From NCBI GenBank assembly GCA_040954595.2, contig CM082581.2, positions 3,216,699 through 3,280,698 on the forward strand: 64,000 bases of DNA. The letters are read 5' to 3'. This DNA comes from Balanoglossus misakiensis (lineage: Eukaryota > Animalia > Hemichordata). Shown here piece by piece: positions 59,601-64,000 of this stretch (position 1 is the first letter of the stretch; each line of letters begins with the position of its first letter). The notes under the pieces are model-generated. The model was not told where the DNA came from. It searched no databases and worked only from the letters and a program-made list of their open reading frames with translations. The translations under genes and the position numbers were made by a program.

Positions 59601-62600
59601 TCAGAGTTCTACAAATTTCACTTTTATCCAAAAAGTGACATTATAAAGGGTGTCAAAAATCGAAAAATTGCAAAGTTTAAGCACAGCCTGATCAAAAATG
59701 TAAAAGCATCACGCCACTTTTTAAAGGGCTATGCTATTGAGAAGGTGAATCGTACCACTAACACTGAAATATGCTATGCTAAGTATCACAGCGGAGCAGT
59801 ATTGGACACTAAGCCCTTGTTAACTAACTACTTCTCACCATAAACACAATACCATCTACCAATAACTTCAACATAATTCATCAAACAGGCTTATTTGGTA
59901 TGTCAGTTGTACATTCAGTGTTGTTGGCACTCATTTCTGATGCATTTGACAAATTCTATTTTCACAGTGCGTCAAAAAGTGAAAGAAGTGGTGGATTTTG
60001 TACAAGATGATGATCGTTTACGTGATGAGAGAAGGAAAGCCCGAAAGACCAAAGACAAGTACATTGGAATGTCAGGAGATCAGTATCAATATAAATATAG
60101 TAAGTCCATGGAGGGTCACACACACACACACACCATTAAGACAGTTCTGAAGCGTCTCAGATCAGATACCGTCTTAAAAAACATGTGTGGACGATGTATA
60201 GTGGTTCTGAAACATCTCAGATATGAGACGGCTTTGCTGGCCAGACCTGAGCCGGTGTAAGGATTAACACCTCTCCGCAACCCATTGTCAGCACCTGTAC
60301 ATAAACTTTGTGTGTGTAGACACAACAGGACTCAAAGGATTAATGCTCTGTGTTTACCATAGGCAAATAGTGAACCTGGTAATAGTTGCAAACAATATTG
60401 ATGGGATTATCTAACCATCATTGAACATTCTCCTCATCTAAGAGGTGCAGTGATCCTTGCGGGATACTAGTTGAGTTTGTGTTATACCCTGGATTCTGTG
60501 TGATGCACTTACCATGAACATTGGCTTCCAGTCGTGTAGCTCAGCAGGGTTACAGAGAAAAAAATGAATTTAGAGCCCTGCCCTGCGTCAACAATCATCC
60601 AGCAAGCAACTGTCGCATTGTGTCTACAACTGTGACAACAAGCACCCCTCCCACTGCAACATGCATTTAACAAATCAAAAATTTGTAATGAGTTTCATTC
60701 ATTCATGTCATTATTTTTTACCATATAATTAATATATGGCTAGGCTTAATATCTGATAAGCCTCGCCTATTTTCACTTGATCGAGAGCTTATCGTCTATG
60801 TTTACATCGACAAGGCACTTTGAGGATTGAAGTACTAATCAGCCAATATTATGTGGTCTTGCAGGTGATAGGTATGACCCGCAGTCCAAAAAGGACAAAT
60901 TGAAAGAATGGGAAGATGAAATAAATAGTCATAACAGAAGACAGAGACATAGTCGAAGACGAGATTCCTCAGACGATTCACCTCCAGACTATAACAGGTA
61001 ATTTGGTTTCTCATTAGCTACTCTACACTGAACACTGTAAACGGTAATTTTCCAGCCATGAAATTTTCACGATATCAAGAGAGGCAACTATTATGCAATG
61101 ATTAATTTTTGCGTTCTTGTATTCCTGTGTATCGTTATCTCTGAAAAACATTTTGTGCGTGATTTGTTTTTTGGCGTTTTTGGGGGGGGCTCTAGCTTGG
61201 TTTGCAAAAATTTATCGTTCACGAAATTTCCCATTTACAGTAGTCTATTGCAACATTCTGTGGGTCCGTCATCAGTCTGTATGTATGTATGTCATTGTAC
61301 GTATGATGTATTTGTATGTATGTATGTCAGTATGTTGGGTTGTCCGTCAACTTATGTCATTCTTGTACAGTCCTGTATGGTTTGAGCTACGTGTAATGTT
61401 ATGAATTTTCTATTTTTTAAGCATTTTTTGTCTTTTTCCACACTATTTGTAAAAAATCTTAATTTCTTAAAGTGATAGGCCGACTTCATTGAAATTGAGT
61501 ATGAAGCTTTCTATAGGGGATCTGAGTTTCCATAATTTTGTTCAACTTGTTGCAAAATTTGCATATTTGTAATTTTGGAGCAATTTTTGGTCAAAAATCG
61601 TTTTCTCTAATACCGCTTGTCAGATTGGTTTAAAATTTGGTTAGGTATGTTGTTACTTGGGGTACTCCAAGCAAGATGTAAAATATTTGGTGCAATTTGT
61701 GTTATTTGTTCATCAAAAATTGTTTTCTCTGAAACTGCTTGTTAGATCGTTAAAACTTTGGTAGGCATATTCCTCGTGGTGATTGAAGTAAGAATATTGT
61801 GCAATTATGGTGATATATGCATATTTGGGTTTTTTTCCACTTCTGAACAAATTGTGTTCTCTGAAAGTCCTTGTCTGAAATTTATTTTGAAAGTTGGTAG
61901 GAATATTTCTATGGGTTCTACATGTTTACATATTAGGCCCCTAAAAAGTTTGTTTCTCATCTTAGGCATCTTGTAAAAATGATGCGGCGACGCAGGTTAT
62001 ATTTTTTGCCTTTTTTTGCCTTTTTTATTCAACTATCAACAACAACACGCAAACAACATGAGAATATAGGAATGCATGCAGAAATAAATGCAAAGCACTG
62101 TTAATAATCATTCGGTAGGATAAATCGATCACCTTTGGCCAACACTCCTCTCGTGAGGTCTTGATACACTTCTGTCAAAAAAACGATCAGATCGTTTAAT
62201 ATTTAAATTTTTGTTTTGTCATTACAGTGATGATGAAGTAGAAGAGGCTGATAGTTATCAATACAAAGACCAATCCAAAAACAGAGAAGAAAATGTAGCA
62301 TCCTCAGAATTTCCTACCTCTTCAAAAACAGAAGTGCAAGCAAAGAAAACCTCAAAACTTAAAGGTGGAAAGAAGGTGGACTTAGGTGCTGCTACTACTT
62401 ATGGTGGAAGTGAGAAAACAAATATCCCTCAACAGGTGAGATACCAGAATTTACAAACAAAGATGACTGATGACTTGTTCGGCACTATAATGTGTGTGTG
62501 TCACACAAACTGATTGCTACATTCAAGATGGGTGGATGGATGGGTTGGTTGGTGGGTGGTTGGGTGGAAGGAAGGAAGGAAGAAAGGATCAATAGATGGT

Positions 62601-63714
62601 AGTGAATTACACAATACTCCAAGCCACAATGGGCTGATTAGTCACTTTAAATAATAATACATTCTTGTACATGTTGTTCATAATACACAGAAATAGGAAG
62701 GAAAACATTACTCAGGCTTCTGAAAATACATGAACTGACACAGTTGTTTGAGACAACAAAAAGTATAGGCAGACAGCGTACCTTGTAAAGTATTGACTGT
62801 CATTTCCCATATTAGCTTTAGCAATAATTTTTGCTGTACTTCAACTCGTGTTATATATGTGTAATACTCAGTGGGTGTTTTCTGGTTGTTTACACTGTGT
62901 GCATAAGCTGTGGAAAAATGCATACAGACTCAAAATCTTGCGTACAGAAACCTCATAACCAAAAATGTCCTGCTAGTACACAAAGTCAGTTATCAGTGAC
63001 CAGACATCTTGGGTAGTGTTAGTAGGCTCATTAGCACACAAGTCCGTGTCAGCAACATCAGCGTTTACGTGTGCTAATGTGGTTTTTGTTGGCTTCAACA
63101 GAGAATCAAGTGTCTTTTGACATTTCGACATATTTGCTTCTAACAATATCAAAAGAAATAAGGGCAAATACATGTATCACGCGAAAAAAGCGACCCAAAA
63201 TGATTGTGCTGTGCAAGCCTGTGTTGAAGGAAATAAACATGCAGGTAGAAAGTCAACATGTGTCACATTGTTGAAACAGATTTTACCACCTTTTCATGGG
63301 ATTTTAGCCACAGTGCAATGTACCCACATGGTGTTGCATATGATGGACAAGCAACTACTGTGCCTTCACTAACAATTATATTAAGGGGGAAGTTTGATAT
63401 GTGTAGATGCTAAAAAAATTCCAGCTATAAATGTTATTATTTCTGTCTTTGTAGGAAGTTTCAACGAAGCCATCAGATGATATATTCTCCCTCATAGACA
63501 CAGATGTGCTATCCAGTCAGCCTTCGTTGTTACAGAGCAGTCCTGATGCTTTTGCCGATTTTAGTAGTGCAGCGGCTGTCACGAGTATGGACAAGCCTGT
63601 GGACACTACAGGTGCTAATACATCACAATCAGCTGCCAATGGAGATTTTGGAGATTTTAGTGTGTTTCAAGGCTCAACATCACCTATCACAAAATCACCT
63701 GGTTTAGACAACCG
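56620..63714 (+). CDS. CLINT1: Clathrin interactor 1 (epsinR), ENTH-domain protein; first 7 coding exons, 3' end outside window
   Basis: Exons 56620-56651 (MWKLRELTDKV), 58749-58950 (TNVVMNYSEIEAKVREATNDDQWGP..FPEVMGMLWKRM..NWRRTYK), 59425-59563 (LLLLKYLILNGSERVVTSAREHIYDL..GKDQGVN), 59968-60099 (VRQKVKEVVDFVQDDDRLRDERRKARKTKDKYIG), 60865-60997, 62228-62435 (..KVDLGAA..), 63455-63714 (FADF, NGDFGDF motifs). Phases consistent. Confidence 0.95.
57169..58342. mobile_element. Triple-nested repeat: AGGGACAAA-family MITE containing a GAGAAGTCGGCCAG subterminal-repeat element, which contains a piggyBac-type MITE
   Basis: Outer MITE halves ~57169-57291 and ~58236-58342; GAGAAGTCGGCCAG x4 at 57299-57370 and inverted GGCCGACTTCTC x2 at 58198-58227; innermost element 57855-58161. 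Confidence 0.75.
57855..58161. mobile_element. piggyBac-type MITE flanked by ATAT
   Basis: ATAT|CCCTAACGCTGCCAAG...CCCAGTAGCATTAGGG|ATAT; reverse complement of the family copy starting at 63789. Confidence 0.8.
59144..59286. repeat. Hairpin MITE in CLINT1 intron 2
   Basis: GGCCATAGCAGCTGTTT..CTGTGAGTTACCAGAATC..GCTATTTCCC / GGGAAATAGC..GATTCTGGTAACTCACAG..AAACAGCTGCTATGGCC. Similar centre-loop hairpins at ~38638-38703 and ~44820-44960. Confidence 0.8.
60114..60377. repeat. Interspersed repeat shared with ~19738-19950
   Basis: GGTCACACACACACCATTAAGA..GGCCAGACC..GAGCCGG..CAACCCATTGTC..ACATAAACTTT..TTAATGCTCTGTGTTTAC in both places. Confidence 0.75.
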
Positions 63715-63788
63715 GTAAGTTCTTTGTGTATTGTAATATAAGAATACTAGGGTCGCGCTAGGATTTCAAGTTGTTTCCGCAAAGTTAA

Positions 63789-64000
63789 CCCTAATGCTAC
63801 TGGGTGTCATACCTGTTTAGAGTGTCAAGTCCCTTAAAATACGTATTTGCCACTTTTTCTTCTAAAACATATTATTTTGACTGTCTTGACATTGCTCTCC
63901 TACGTACTTACATGTAGACACACTTGGCAGTAGCCCCTCCCCCGTAAAATGTACCAAATCGTACTGGTTTATATTGTATTGGTCTGAGGATCTTGTATAG
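63789..64000. mobile_element. piggyBac-type MITE, runs off the window
   Basis: TTAA|CCCTAATGCTACTGGGTGTCA..; homologous to 57855-58161. Confidence 0.8.

Overview
AT-rich, intron- and repeat-dense animal genomic DNA, most likely a marine invertebrate (species cannot be determined from sequence). All gene models were built by hand from GT-AG junctions; protein family assignments rest on motifs recalled from memory, not database searches. Left to right: (1) decayed partial Nup107 copy (+, ~892-5595) with a MITE inside one exon; (2) multi-exon protein kinase pseudogene (-, kinase domain 5937-8852, further exon remnants to ~15.5 kb) carrying a young 5'-truncated L1/Tx1 LINE (11696-15249, 17-bp TSD); (3) a 28-exon, phase-consistent gene (-, 18044-50245, ~1863 aa) encoding a Munc13/BAIAP3-type MUN-domain protein in which no C1 or C2 domain is detectable and a DEP domain occupies the position of the C-terminal C2, the most interesting candidate here; (4) MGMT (-, 52911-55272) head-to-head with (5) CLINT1/epsinR (+, from 56620, running off the window). 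Introns hold RTE-X, Zator-like, CR1/L2 and Penelope relics, a solo LTR, and many MITE, hairpin and Helentron-like elements.
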